From: SAR86 cluster bacterium AG-313-D11
GTDB taxonomy: Bacteria; Pseudomonadota; Gammaproteobacteria; Magnimaribacterales; D2472
DNA: 64,000 bases
Assembly (NCBI GenBank): GCA_003284215.1
Contig: QBVW01000005.1
Span: 4,881 to 68,880, forward strand
Reading direction: 5' to 3'
Shown here: one piece after another, positions 10,894-20,082 of the stretch
Numbering within the stretch: the first letter of the stretch is position 1
Layout: each line of letters starts with the position of its first letter
Program-made: the position numbers and the translations under genes
Notes under the pieces: model-generated
The model's input: only the letters and a program-made list of their open reading frames with translations
Databases searched by the model: none
What the model was told of the DNA's origin: nothing

Positions 10894-11022
10894 GAATGTT
10901 TTCTTTTTATGAATAATGCTTTAAAATCCATCACAATGTTACATCACTTAGCAATTAATCCCTCAAATCAAAGATACTTTGATTAACATCTTTTTTATTA
11001 TCTCAGGTCTCTAGTTATCGCA

Positions 11023-11544
11023 TTGAAGAAAAAATCTACGACTCCCATCAATAACAAAATCTATGCAAAAGAGGTTATGTTAATAGGCTCTAATGGTGAA
11101 AAAATTGGATTGTTGGCCATTGATGTCGCTTTAGATGAGGCTCAGAAAAAAAGCTTGGATTTAGTTCAGGTTTCTCCATCCGATGCACAACCTGTTGTAT
11201 GTAAGCTTCTAGACTTTGGTAAATTTCAATTTGAAAAGAAAAAAAGCACTGTAGGAACCAAAAAGCCAAAGAAACAATCCTTAAAAGAGATTAAGTTTCG
11301 CCCAACTACTGATATCGGTGATTACAATATTAAATTAAAAAAGATAAAAAGCTTTATTAATGATGGAGATAAGACTAAAATCAGCGTTCGTTTTAGAGGT
11401 AGAGAGATATTAAATAGTAATTTAGGCCTTGATCTCTTAAATCGTTTGAGGGAAGACCTTCAAGATATTGCTCAAGTTGATCAAGAGCCATCTCTAGAAG
11501 GAAGACAATTGTTAATGGTTCTCTCGCAAGTAAGAAAGAAATAA
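11023..11544 (+). CDS. infC: Translation initiation factor IF-3
   Basis: 173 aa, collinear with E. coli IF3 ('[18 protein letters not shown]', '[19 protein letters not shown]', 'FRGRE', 'EGRQLLMVL'). Non-ATG (TTG) start. infC-rpmI-rplT synteny. Confidence 0.93.
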   Translation: MKKKSTTPINNKIYAKEVMLIGSNGEKIGLLAIDVALDEAQKKSLDLVQVSPSDAQPVVCKLLDFGKFQFEKKKSTVGTKKPKKQSLKEIKFRPTTDIGDYNIKLKKIKSFINDGDKTKISVRFRGREILNSNLGLDLLNRLREDLQDIAQVDQEPSLEGRQLLMVLSQVRKK

Positions 11545-11546
11545 TT

Positions 11547-11744
11547 ATGGGTTATAAATTAAAAACACATTCAAGCGCAAAAAAGCGTTTTAAAGCTACT
11601 GGTAGTGGTTTAAAAAGAAGAAGCGCTTCTCGTGCTCATATCTTGACTAAGCAAACTACTAAAAGAAAACGTCATAATCGTGGAATGATTAAGATGGCTG
11701 ATGAGACTAAGAAAATTGCACAAAAACTTCTATATAACATTTAA
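11547..11744 (+). CDS. rpmI: 50S ribosomal protein L35
   Basis: 65 aa and very basic. '[18 protein letters not shown]…KR' is typical of L35. It starts 2 nt after infC. Confidence 0.93.
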   Translation: MGYKLKTHSSAKKRFKATGSGLKRRSASRAHILTKQTTKRKRHNRGMIKMADETKKIAQKLLYNI

Positions 11745-11749
11745 ATATC

Positions 11750-12097
11750 ATGCCAAGAGTAACTAAAGCATTAGCAGCAAAAGCAAAACACAAGAAAGTA
11801 CTGAAAGCCACTAAAGGTCATTATGGTGCTAGAAGTAGATTATTTAAGACTGCTAAGCAATCTAATGTTAAGGCTCTTCAATATGCTTTTAGAGATAGAA
11901 GAAATAAGAAAAGAACTTTTAGATCTTTGTGGATTTCAAGAATCTCTGCAGCTTTAATGCCGTTGGAAGTTTCATACAGCAGATTCATTAATCAACTCTC
12001 TAATGCAGATATAAAACTAGACAGAAAATCTTTAGCTGGCATTGCATTTTCTGATCCTGATACTTTTAAGAAAATCGTAGAAAAAGTAAGGGTATAA
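11750..12097 (+). CDS. rplT: 50S ribosomal protein L20
   Basis: 115 aa. 'MPRVTKALAAKAKHKKVLKATKGHYGARSR…YAFRDRRNKKRTFRSLWI' is the L20 signature. Confidence 0.95.
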   Translation: MPRVTKALAAKAKHKKVLKATKGHYGARSRLFKTAKQSNVKALQYAFRDRRNKKRTFRSLWISRISAALMPLEVSYSRFINQLSNADIKLDRKSLAGIAFSDPDTFKKIVEKVRV

Positions 12098-12104
12098 TGT
12101 TCTC

Positions 12105-13088
12105 ATGCAAATCCCTCAGGATTTAATTGAAACAGCCGCTCTCAAATTAAAATCCGTTCAATCAGAGGCTGAATTCTTTCAACTAAGAGCTCAATATCTT
12201 GGTAAAAAGTCTTTTGTTGTCACTGCATTCTCAAAGCTTAGAGATCTTCAATCAGATGAGAAAGTAAATGTCGCAAAAGAGTTAAATATTCTCAAAAATA
12301 ACTTAACCAAATTATTTGAGACCTCCATTGAGTATATAGAAGGAAAAAGTGATCATAAGAAATTAGATGTATCTCTCCCTGCTGATCCGTTTTTGGTTGG
12401 TTCTGAGCATCCAATAACTAAAATTTCACAAAAAGTCATTAACTACTTCACTCCTCTAAATTATCAAATTTTTTCTGGAAATGAGATAGAAACAGATTTT
12501 TACAATTTTGAAGCATTAAATTTTCCAGAAGATCATCCTGCAAGACAAATGCATGACACCTTCTACCTTAATTCCAGCAGTAAGTCAGATTATTTATTAA
12601 GAACACATACCTCAAATACTCAAGTGCATGCAATGCTAAATGAAGATTTGCCCTTATATATGCTTTCTCCTGGCAGAGTATTTAGATGTGACTCTGATAC
12701 CACTCACCTACCTATGTTTACTCAAATTGAAGGATTGGTAGTTGACGAAGATGTTACCTTTGGTGATTTAAAAGGAGTTTTAATAGATTTCTTAGAGGAT
12801 TTTTTTAATGAAAAAATGGAAGTTAGATTTAGGCCATCATATTTTCCCTTTACAGAGCCCTCAGCAGAAGTAGACATAAAATTTGGCAAAGAAGGATGGT
12901 TAGAAATTCTAGGATGTGGAATGGTTCATCCCAATGTACTAAATGGCTGCAACATAGACACAAAAAAATATCGTGGCTTTGCCTTTGGTATGGGAGTTGA
13001 ACGCCTGGCTATGCTTTATTATGGTGTCACGGATATCAGAGAGTTTTACTCATCGAATTTAGATTTTTTAAATCAATTTCCATCATGA
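12105..13088 (+). CDS. pheS: Phenylalanine--tRNA ligase alpha subunit
   Basis: 327 aa. 'HPARQMHDTFY', 'LLRTHTSNTQV', 'PGRVFRCDSD' and 'GFAFGMGVERLAML' are class II aaRS motifs. It starts only 7 nt after rplT, leaving no room for a pheM-type leader. Confidence 0.95.
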   Translation: MQIPQDLIETAALKLKSVQSEAEFFQLRAQYLGKKSFVVTAFSKLRDLQSDEKVNVAKELNILKNNLTKLFETSIEYIEGKSDHKKLDVSLPADPFLVGSEHPITKISQKVINYFTPLNYQIFSGNEIETDFYNFEALNFPEDHPARQMHDTFYLNSSSKSDYLLRTHTSNTQVHAMLNEDLPLYMLSPGRVFRCDSDTTHLPMFTQIEGLVVDEDVTFGDLKGVLIDFLEDFFNEKMEVRFRPSYFPFTEPSAEVDIKFGKEGWLEILGCGMVHPNVLNGCNIDTKKYRGFAFGMGVERLAMLYYGVTDIREFYSSNLDFLNQFPS

Positions 13089-15100
13089 AAATTCAATACT
13101 CATTTTTAAAGAATTTTCTTAATACAAACCTTAGCCAAAAAAAACTTAGTGATGTATTCACGCAAGTTGGTTTTGAGTGCGAGATAGAGGGAGATCTAAT
13201 AGAATTTGATATCACTCCAAATCGAGGAGATGCATTATCACTCAGAGGTTTGGAAAGAGAATTCTATGCATATCAATCAAAAAAACCTAGCCAAAAAATT
13301 GACACTTCATCATTAAAACTTATCCAAGATAAGAAAATTATTAATCATATTGATAGCTCTGGTTGTGGTAATTATCACTTAATGTTGATTAAAGGTTTGA
13401 AAAAAATAAAAAATTTAGATTATAAAAAGCGAAGTTTCATAGAATCTGCTGGTATTCCATTAATTAATCCTATGGTTGATTTAGGTAATTACGTGATGTT
13501 AGAGCTTGGTGCGCCTATGCATGTATTTGATTTAACTAAGTTAGTTTTACCAATTAATGTTCGTTTTCCTCAAGACAAGAATAATTCAGTAACAGTTATT
13601 GGAGGCGATGTTAAAGATGTCCAGTCTTCTTCATTAACAATTCAGGACCAATCTGGGATCCAAGCAATTGCCGGCATAATTGGTAGTGAGGTATCTTCTG
13701 TGTCATTAAAAACTTCTAGCATAGCTGTTGAAGCCGCATTTTTTAGACCCGAGGCTATTGTTAATCAAGCTAGAAAGTATGGACTAGCTACCGATGCTGC
13801 ACATCGCTTTGAGCGAGGGGTAGATCCTGAATTGCAGCAACTAGCATTAGAAAGATATCTATTTCTATTAGATCAAATAGCAGAGTATGATTCGGTTGAG
13901 CTTTATTATTCTAATTTCAACAAGACAAAAAAGAAAAATGTGAAATTGGATGTAGCAAGATTTAATAAATTTTCTGGCTTAAACTTAAAGGCAAGCAAAG
14001 CAATTCTTATATTGAAAAACCTTGGTTTTAAGGTTCACTCTAGAAGTGAAAAGAATGTCATATTCAATATTCCTAGCCACAGATTTGATATTTCTTTAGA
14101 GGAGGATTTGTATGAGGAGTTATTAAGATCTTATGGGTATGACAATATACCTACATCAAAACCAAAGGCAGGGCCAATAAATAATAATAAGCAGAATAAT
14201 GCATTAGGTAATCTTAGACTTGGCCTTGTTCATTCTGGCTTTAAAGAACTTATGCACATGCCATTTGTTTCAAGAGACTCCTTTCATCAATTAAATTCTA
14301 ATAAGTGGAAGCCTGCTGAATTACAAAATCCAATAAATGAAAAAGAGCCATTGCTTAGAGGAAGTCTTTTCAGATCTTTATTTGCAGCAGTAAATAGTAA
14401 TGTAAAAAAAGGGTATACATCTATTAAAGTATTTGAAGCAGGCAATGTATTTAAAAAAGAAAAAAGTGGCTTTACTCAATCGTTACATTTATCAGGAATT
14501 ATCTATCATCATGAACCTCAACAAACTTGGAGTCAGAAAGAATTGACATATGATTTCTTTTCGCTCAAAGCAGAAATCTCTAAATTATTACAAACTTCAG
14601 GCATGCAAAATATTGAACTTCAAAAAGCAAGTTCACTAGTGCCATTCAATGAAAATGCATTAGATATATTTATTGGCAAACAAAAGATTGGAGTAATGGG
14701 TGAAATAGACCTCTTCGTTACAGAGAAACTGGTCAAGAAACAGACTTATGGGTTTGTAATTTATCCCGAAAAAATTTTATTATCTTCTGCAGAGCCAAAA
14801 ATCATAAAGACTAGTAAATTCCCTCTTTCCACACGAGACATAAACATTGTTATAGATAAATCTATTTCTTATGAAGCGGTTGAAAGTTTGATTTCTCAAG
14901 GAGCAATCAAGTACCTAGTCTCCTTCGATCTTATTAATACTTTTGAAGGAAAAGGTATTCCCAAGGGCTCTGTCAGCATGACACTAAGATTCACTTTTCA
15001 AAGCAATACTAAATCTTTATTAGAGTCTGAAATCAGTAGTTCAATGCAAATTCTATTGAAGCTTTTAGATAAAAGATTGAATGCTAAAATAAGGTCATGA
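13085..15100 (+). CDS. pheT: Phenylalanine--tRNA ligase beta subunit, lacking the N-terminal OB-fold (B2/tRNA_bind) domain
   Basis: 671 aa versus about 795 in E. coli. The N-terminus 'FLKNFLNTNLSQKKLSDVFTQVGFECEIEG' runs straight into 'IEFDITPNRGDALSLRG'. In E. coli about 110 residues of OB-fold lie between the equivalent segments. The B3/4, B5, FDX-ACB and B8 regions look present. ATGA overlap with pheS. Confidence 0.93.
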   Translation: MKIQYSFLKNFLNTNLSQKKLSDVFTQVGFECEIEGDLIEFDITPNRGDALSLRGLEREFYAYQSKKPSQKIDTSSLKLIQDKKIINHIDSSGCGNYHLMLIKGLKKIKNLDYKKRSFIESAGIPLINPMVDLGNYVMLELGAPMHVFDLTKLVLPINVRFPQDKNNSVTVIGGDVKDVQSSSLTIQDQSGIQAIAGIIGSEVSSVSLKTSSIAVEAAFFRPEAIVNQARKYGLATDAAHRFERGVDPELQQLALERYLFLLDQIAEYDSVELYYSNFNKTKKKNVKLDVARFNKFSGLNLKASKAILILKNLGFKVHSRSEKNVIFNIPSHRFDISLEEDLYEELLRSYGYDNIPTSKPKAGPINNNKQNNALGNLRLGLVHSGFKELMHMPFVSRDSFHQLNSNKWKPAELQNPINEKEPLLRGSLFRSLFAAVNSNVKKGYTSIKVFEAGNVFKKEKSGFTQSLHLSGIIYHHEPQQTWSQKELTYDFFSLKAEISKLLQTSGMQNIELQKASSLVPFNENALDIFIGKQKIGVMGEIDLFVTEKLVKKQTYGFVIYPEKILLSSAEPKIIKTSKFPLSTRDINIVIDKSISYEAVESLISQGAIKYLVSFDLINTFEGKGIPKGSVSMTLRFTFQSNTKSLLESEISSSMQILLKLLDKRLNAKIRS

Positions 15101-15375
15101 ATTTGACCAAAAAAGACCTAAGTGGAATATTAAAAAAAGAATTGAGACTTTCAGTTGATATCTCTGATTCACTAGTAGATGAATTTTTTCAAGCGATAAA
15201 AACAACTCTTAGATCTCAAAAAAATATTAAGCTATCTGGATTTGGTTCTTTTGAAACATTTGTTACAAAAGAAAGAATGGGAAGAAATCCAAAGAGTATG
15301 GAGAATTTCAAGATCCCATCTCAAAGTAAAGTTCGCTTTAGTCCAACTTCAAAAGCTAAGTATTTCTTAAACTAA
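15097..15375 (+). CDS. ihfA: Integration host factor alpha subunit
   Basis: 92 aa HU/IHF fold. 'KLSGFGSFE…GRNPKS' is the arm with the intercalating Pro. Conserved position directly after pheT, with an ATGA overlap. Confidence 0.85.
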   Translation: MNLTKKDLSGILKKELRLSVDISDSLVDEFFQAIKTTLRSQKNIKLSGFGSFETFVTKERMGRNPKSMENFKIPSQSKVRFSPTSKAKYFLN

Positions 15376-15377
15376 AA

Positions 15378-15674
15378 ATGAAGAAACAAGTACAAAATTT
15401 TAATAAATCAGACCTAGCGATGCATCTGTCAAGAAAGTTTTCATCTTTGAATGATGAAATAATTATTGAAGGAATTGATTTAATGCTGCAGGAAATAATT
15501 AATACTGTTGCATTAGACAATAGAGTGGAGATCAGAGGCTTTGGCTCATTCTCAAAAAAAACTATCAGACCAAGAAAATTTATTAACCCTAAGACAAAAG
15601 AAGAATCTTATTTAGGTGAAACCTCAATTATGCATTTCAAAGCATCCAAGAAGCTACTGCATGAACATGACTGA
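15378..15674 (+). CDS. ihfB: Integration host factor beta subunit
   Basis: 98 aa HU/IHF fold. 'RVEIRGFGSFS' and '…NPKTKE…HFKASKKL' parallel E. coli IhfB ('RIEIRGFGSFSL…RNPKTG…HFKPGKEL'). It starts 2 nt after ihfA. Confidence 0.8.
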   Translation: MKKQVQNFNKSDLAMHLSRKFSSLNDEIIIEGIDLMLQEIINTVALDNRVEIRGFGSFSKKTIRPRKFINPKTKEESYLGETSIMHFKASKKLLHEHD

Positions 15675-16353
15675 TCCAAGAATAATTGTTGCCATTGATA
15701 CATTTGATCTTAAAAAGGCTAATGCAATTTTAGATCAACTGGATCCAGATCTTTGTATGATTAAAATTGGAAGCATTGTTTTTAACGCCTTTGGAAAATC
15801 ATTTCTTCAGCATGCATCTTCTCAAGGATTTAAAATTTTCTTAGATTTAAAATTGCATGATATTCCAAATACTATTCATGAAACAATTTCAGGCTTCAAT
15901 GACTGCAAAATAGATATGCTAACAGTTCATTTATCTGGCGGTGAAGAGATGTTGAAGAAAGCTATGCTTGCAGGTAAATCTATCAATACCAAAGTTATAG
16001 GAGTTTCTATGCTTACAAGCTTAGAAGAGAAAGATTCGTTGGCTTTATTTGATAACAAACTAGAGGATCAAATAAGTCACTTATTTAAAATTGCAGTTAA
16101 AGTAAAGATAGATGGAATTGTTTGTTCGCCCCATGAGCTAAAAATAGCAAAAACAATTTTAGGCTCTCATTCAATAAAAATTACACCAGGCATTAGGGAT
16201 ATAAAAGTAGAGGATGATCAAGCAAGAACCATGAGCGCAAAAGAAGCGATTCAGGGGGGCTCTACATTTTTAGTTATTGGCAGACCAATTACTCAAGCTG
16301 AAAATATTTCTCAAGCATTACAGAATTTTAATAATTCCATTTATGAAAAATAG
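15661..16353 (+). CDS. pyrF: Orotidine 5'-phosphate decarboxylase
   Basis: 'IIVAIDT' and 'FLDLKLHDIPNT' (catalytic Lys/Asp motif), plus 'FLVIGRPIT'. I prefer the ATG at 15661 (MNMTDPRIIVAID) over the track start at 15616, whose extra 15 residues lie inside ihfB and have no PyrF counterpart. Confidence 0.9.
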   Translation: MNMTDPRIIVAIDTFDLKKANAILDQLDPDLCMIKIGSIVFNAFGKSFLQHASSQGFKIFLDLKLHDIPNTIHETISGFNDCKIDMLTVHLSGGEEMLKKAMLAGKSINTKVIGVSMLTSLEEKDSLALFDNKLEDQISHLFKIAVKVKIDGIVCSPHELKIAKTILGSHSIKITPGIRDIKVEDDQARTMSAKEAIQGGSTFLVIGRPITQAENISQALQNFNNSIYEK

Positions 16354-17710
16354 ATCTACTAAAAGTATTTTTCTTGATCTCAAGAAACTTTCAAAGTCTA
16401 ATAATAGCAAAAAAAAACTATCCTTTAAGTTTGAGTCTGAGCTTTTAGATTATCACTCCCATTTAATGAACTTTTCTTCTCAGCACTATAAATTATTTGA
16501 AGAACTTTCATGTAAATTGAATCTTCTAGACTCCATTTATAATCTCTTTAATGGGGAGATTGTAAATAAGACAGAAAATAGACAAGCCTTGCATTATCTA
16601 TATCGCAAAAATCAATCAGCTTCAGAATTTGATTTTAAAAAAATCACAGAACCTTTTATTAAAAGGATAAAAAAAGATGGTTTTAAGAATATTATTACCT
16701 TTGGAATTGGCGGTTCCTATGAAGGGCCAAAATTGCTTCAAGAATTTACAAATAAGGAATCATTTAAATTAAATTACTATTTTGTATCTGGACCTGACAA
16801 GGATGAGTTTAATTCAATATTAAAACCATTAAGCGGGCAAAAGAATTTCTACATTTTTTCATCCAAATCACTGTCAACAGATGAGACTCTTGCATGCTTA
16901 AGATGGCTGGGTGCAAAAAGAGATTCAACTAATTCGATAGTAATTACGGCTAACATAGAAAAAGCAAAAACTTTAGGTTTTAATGACAATTGTATTGTCC
17001 CATTTCAAGAAACGGTCGGAGGTAGATATTCAATTTGGTCACCTATCTCCCTAAGTGCCGCGTTAGAAAATAATTTCTCCAAATTTTTAAAGGGTGGCTT
17101 TTCTGCAGATAAAATGCTGCTAGGTGGCACAAAAATGGATCTGCAATATCAAAAATTTATTAAAATATTAGCATTTTCAGATTTGTGGTTTAGCAACTTT
17201 TTAAATAAAAAGAATAGAGTGGTTCTCTCTTACAATTGGAAATTGCGATCTCTGCAAAGTTATATTCAACAACTTGAGATGGAGTCACTTGGAAAGAATG
17301 CAAATCCTAAATCCATATTCAAAGAAACGGGCCAGTCAATATTCGGAGGTTTTGGATCTACTGCTCAACACTCATATTTTCAGTTATTACATCAGGGCAC
17401 AGCAGAATTCTGCACTGATATTATTTATTCAACTTCAATCAGCAGCCCATTATTATCTGCTCAGGCACAAGGGCAAGCTGCCTTACTCTCTTCAGATTTC
17501 AAGGGATCTACTAATTTGCTTGAAAAAACAAATAGTAACTCCCCAGTTAATCTTTTCCATTTAAATAAACAATCACTTGAAGCGCTCGGTTTTTTATTAG
17601 CAACTTGGGAGCATAGAGTTTTTATTACTGCAAGCATGCTTCAAATCAATCCTTTTGATCAATATGGAGTGGCTGCCGGCAAACTTATTGCAAAGAAATT
17701 GCTTAGTTAA
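16343..17710 (+). CDS. pgi: Glucose-6-phosphate isomerase (short form, about 455 aa)
   Basis: 'NKTENRQALHYLYR', 'FGIGGSYEGP', 'SKSLSTDETL', 'VGGRYSIWS', 'MESLGK', 'HSYFQLLHQG' and 'FDQYGVAAGK' parallel the E. coli Pgi motifs. I prefer the ATG at 16343 (MKNRST…); the track start at 16277 lies inside pyrF. Confidence 0.9.
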   Translation: MKNRSTKSIFLDLKKLSKSNNSKKKLSFKFESELLDYHSHLMNFSSQHYKLFEELSCKLNLLDSIYNLFNGEIVNKTENRQALHYLYRKNQSASEFDFKKITEPFIKRIKKDGFKNIITFGIGGSYEGPKLLQEFTNKESFKLNYYFVSGPDKDEFNSILKPLSGQKNFYIFSSKSLSTDETLACLRWLGAKRDSTNSIVITANIEKAKTLGFNDNCIVPFQETVGGRYSIWSPISLSAALENNFSKFLKGGFSADKMLLGGTKMDLQYQKFIKILAFSDLWFSNFLNKKNRVVLSYNWKLRSLQSYIQQLEMESLGKNANPKSIFKETGQSIFGGFGSTAQHSYFQLLHQGTAEFCTDIIYSTSISSPLLSAQAQGQAALLSSDFKGSTNLLEKTNSNSPVNLFHLNKQSLEALGFLLATWEHRVFITASMLQINPFDQYGVAAGKLIAKKLLS

Positions 17711-19491
17711 TGGCACTAGATTTAAAACAAGTTCCTAATACTCCTGGAATATATAAATTTTTTTCTAAAAATAAAATTATATATATTGGTAAAGCTAAAG
17801 ATTTAAGAAAAAGAGTATCTTCATATTTTGGTAAATCTTTTAAGGATAGAAAAACACAACAAATTAAAATTCTAACAGATCAAATAGAAACTTTTTCAAC
17901 AATTACTGAGGCTGAAGCATTACTGTTAGAACAATCTTTAATAAAAGAAAATTTACCTAGATTTAATATTCTTTTGCGGGATGATAAGACATATCCATAT
18001 GTACATTTTTCTATGGATCATAAATATCCAAGCATAAGCATGAAAAGGTCAAAACATGCTGTTTCCAAAAACTTTTTTGGTCCTTTTATAAGCGTTCAAG
18101 CTGTAAAGGCAACCATAAAAGATTTGCAAAAGATTTATCAGATTAGAAATTGTAGCGATACAACTTTTAATAATAGGTCTAGACCATGTATTGAGCATCA
18201 AATGCAAAGATGTTCTGCTCCATGCGTTAATTTCATTTCTGAGGTTAGCTATCAAGGAGACATTGTATCTTCTCAACATTACTTATCATCTTCTGGAAAA
18301 AAAACTAAATCATTAATGACTGCTCAGATGCATAAACTTGCTGAACAGCAAGAGTTTGAAAGAGCGCAAGAGATCAAAAAAAGGATTAAAAGCTTAGATT
18401 TACTTCACCAAGAGCAATCATTTAATAGCGCTTTGACCAGTGTTGATTTTTTTGCATGTGTTTCTAAGCTTGATAGGACTGGAATATGTATATTATCTGT
18501 AAGAAATGGAAAAATCAGAGGTACCAAGACTCATTATTTAAAAGGCAATCAATTACATGATGCTGATAGTCTGTTTCAAAGCTTGATATTTTCTTATTAC
18601 CAAAATAGCTTTTCTTTGCCAAAGAAAATTATCTTAAATATTAAGCCCTGTAATTTGCCTCTAATCAAACAAGCAGTAAAACTTAAATTTGGAAAACAAA
18701 TCTCAATTTCCGCAAACATTAATTCAAATATTAGGAAAGTAGCCAAGTTAGGCAAATTAAATGCTAATCAAGTTATTGAGAATAGGGTTAATCAGGCATA
18801 TAAATATTCATTTGCAATCAAGGACCTTATTTTAAACTTAGGTTTAAGAAGAAAGAATATAACAATTGAAGGTTTTGATATCAGCCATCATGGTGGCAAG
18901 AATGCTGTGGCTTCAGCTGTGAGATTTTCATCTCATGGACCAGAAAAAAATAATTATAGGCTTTTTAATATTCCTGACGAATTTTCTGGAAATGATATAG
19001 GTTCAATGAGGCATGTTCTTGAAAGAAGAATTAATAAAAAAAGCAGCAATCCATTACCAGATATTATTTTAATTGATGGAGGGAAACTTCAGTTGGATGT
19101 TGCTTTGAGTGCTTTTTCTATTTTAGCTAAAAAATCGCCAATGATATTAAGTATTGTCAAGGGATCTAAAAGAATCAGATCTACAGAAACAATTCTTTCC
19201 AAAGATGGGATTATTGAAATGGCAAAAGATAGCCCAGGTTTTTTAATACTTCAGCAAGTTCGCGATGAGTCTCATAGATTTGCTATTAAAAGCAATAGGA
19301 AGAAAAAAAATAAGTCTATAAAAAAATCATCACTTGATAATATAAAAGGTCTTGGACCAAAAAAGAGAAGGGATTTAATGAATTACTATAAATCCATTCA
19401 GTTAATTAAGGCAGCTTCAATAGAAGATCTTTGTAAGGTTTCAGGAATAAGTATTAAACTAGCAGAAACAATAAATAAATTTTATAGATGA
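17710..19491 (+). CDS. uvrC: Excinuclease ABC subunit C
   Basis: 593 aa. GIY-YIG N-terminus ('PGIYKFF…IIYIGKAKDLRKRVSSYF'), a UVR domain, an endonuclease domain ('IEGFDISH') and a C-terminal (HhH)2 ('IKGLGPKKRRDL'). TAATG junction with pgi. Confidence 0.95.
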   Translation: MALDLKQVPNTPGIYKFFSKNKIIYIGKAKDLRKRVSSYFGKSFKDRKTQQIKILTDQIETFSTITEAEALLLEQSLIKENLPRFNILLRDDKTYPYVHFSMDHKYPSISMKRSKHAVSKNFFGPFISVQAVKATIKDLQKIYQIRNCSDTTFNNRSRPCIEHQMQRCSAPCVNFISEVSYQGDIVSSQHYLSSSGKKTKSLMTAQMHKLAEQQEFERAQEIKKRIKSLDLLHQEQSFNSALTSVDFFACVSKLDRTGICILSVRNGKIRGTKTHYLKGNQLHDADSLFQSLIFSYYQNSFSLPKKIILNIKPCNLPLIKQAVKLKFGKQISISANINSNIRKVAKLGKLNANQVIENRVNQAYKYSFAIKDLILNLGLRRKNITIEGFDISHHGGKNAVASAVRFSSHGPEKNNYRLFNIPDEFSGNDIGSMRHVLERRINKKSSNPLPDIILIDGGKLQLDVALSAFSILAKKSPMILSIVKGSKRIRSTETILSKDGIIEMAKDSPGFLILQQVRDESHRFAIKSNRKKKNKSIKKSSLDNIKGLGPKKRRDLMNYYKSIQLIKAASIEDLCKVSGISIKLAETINKFYR

Positions 19492-20030
19492 TGAATTACT
19501 TTATACAATTTCTTACATATTTCAGAATTCTTATTGCTCCAATTATTTTTTTATTAATTACGTTATATGATTTTTATGGCTGGGCGTTGTTCCTATTTGT
19601 TATTGCTAGCTTTTCTGATTATTGGGATGGGTTCCTTGCAAGAAAATATAGTCTTGAATCTATTATGGGAGAGGTGCTCGATCCTATTGCAGATAAGATA
19701 TTAGTAACATTTCTGATTCTTGCTTTAAGTCTAGAATTGTCTAGTATATTTATTGGGATGGTGGGAGGAATTATGCTTGTTAGAGAGTTTTGGGTTGGTG
19801 CTTTACGGGACTTAAATGCTAGACAAGAAAACTCTCATGCTACCCAAGTAACTCTCTTTGCTAAAATTAAAACATCTATTCAGTTTATTGCATTTTCTTC
19901 TTACTTAACTGGATTGGCTCTGAATAACTCATTAATTTTATTTATTTCTAACTTCTTTTTGTTTTTAGCATTAATAATTACACTGCAAACTGGCATTAAT
20001 TACACTCATGCTACTTTTAGAGTGAAATAA
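19488..20030 (+). CDS. pgsA: CDP-diacylglycerol--glycerol-3-phosphate 3-phosphatidyltransferase
   Basis: 180 aa membrane protein with the CDP-alcohol phosphatidyltransferase motif 'DYWDGFLARKYSLESIMGEVLDPIADK'. uvrC-pgsA synteny with an ATGA overlap. Confidence 0.9.
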   Translation: MMNYFIQFLTYFRILIAPIIFLLITLYDFYGWALFLFVIASFSDYWDGFLARKYSLESIMGEVLDPIADKILVTFLILALSLELSSIFIGMVGGIMLVREFWVGALRDLNARQENSHATQVTLFAKIKTSIQFIAFSSYLTGLALNNSLILFISNFFLFLALIITLQTGINYTHATFRVK

Positions 20031-20082
20031 TGGTTCATATATTCTATTAATACTTACTCTTTATATTAGATATAATAAATAA

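Noticed and set aside
10967-10985. Possible terminator hairpin TCAAAG-ATA-CTTTGA between pdxH and infC
   Set aside because: The stem is 6 bp and all but one pair is A/T. It is not followed directly by a T-tract, so it is too weak to call.
15616-15660. Longer N-terminal extensions proposed by the ORF track for pyrF (15616), pgi (16277) and the LLM oxidoreductase (45520)
   Set aside because: The extensions lie inside the upstream genes or lack homology to the family N-termini. Internal ATGs at 15661, 16343 and 45484 (the last with a GGGAG ribosome-binding site) give products that start where homologues start.
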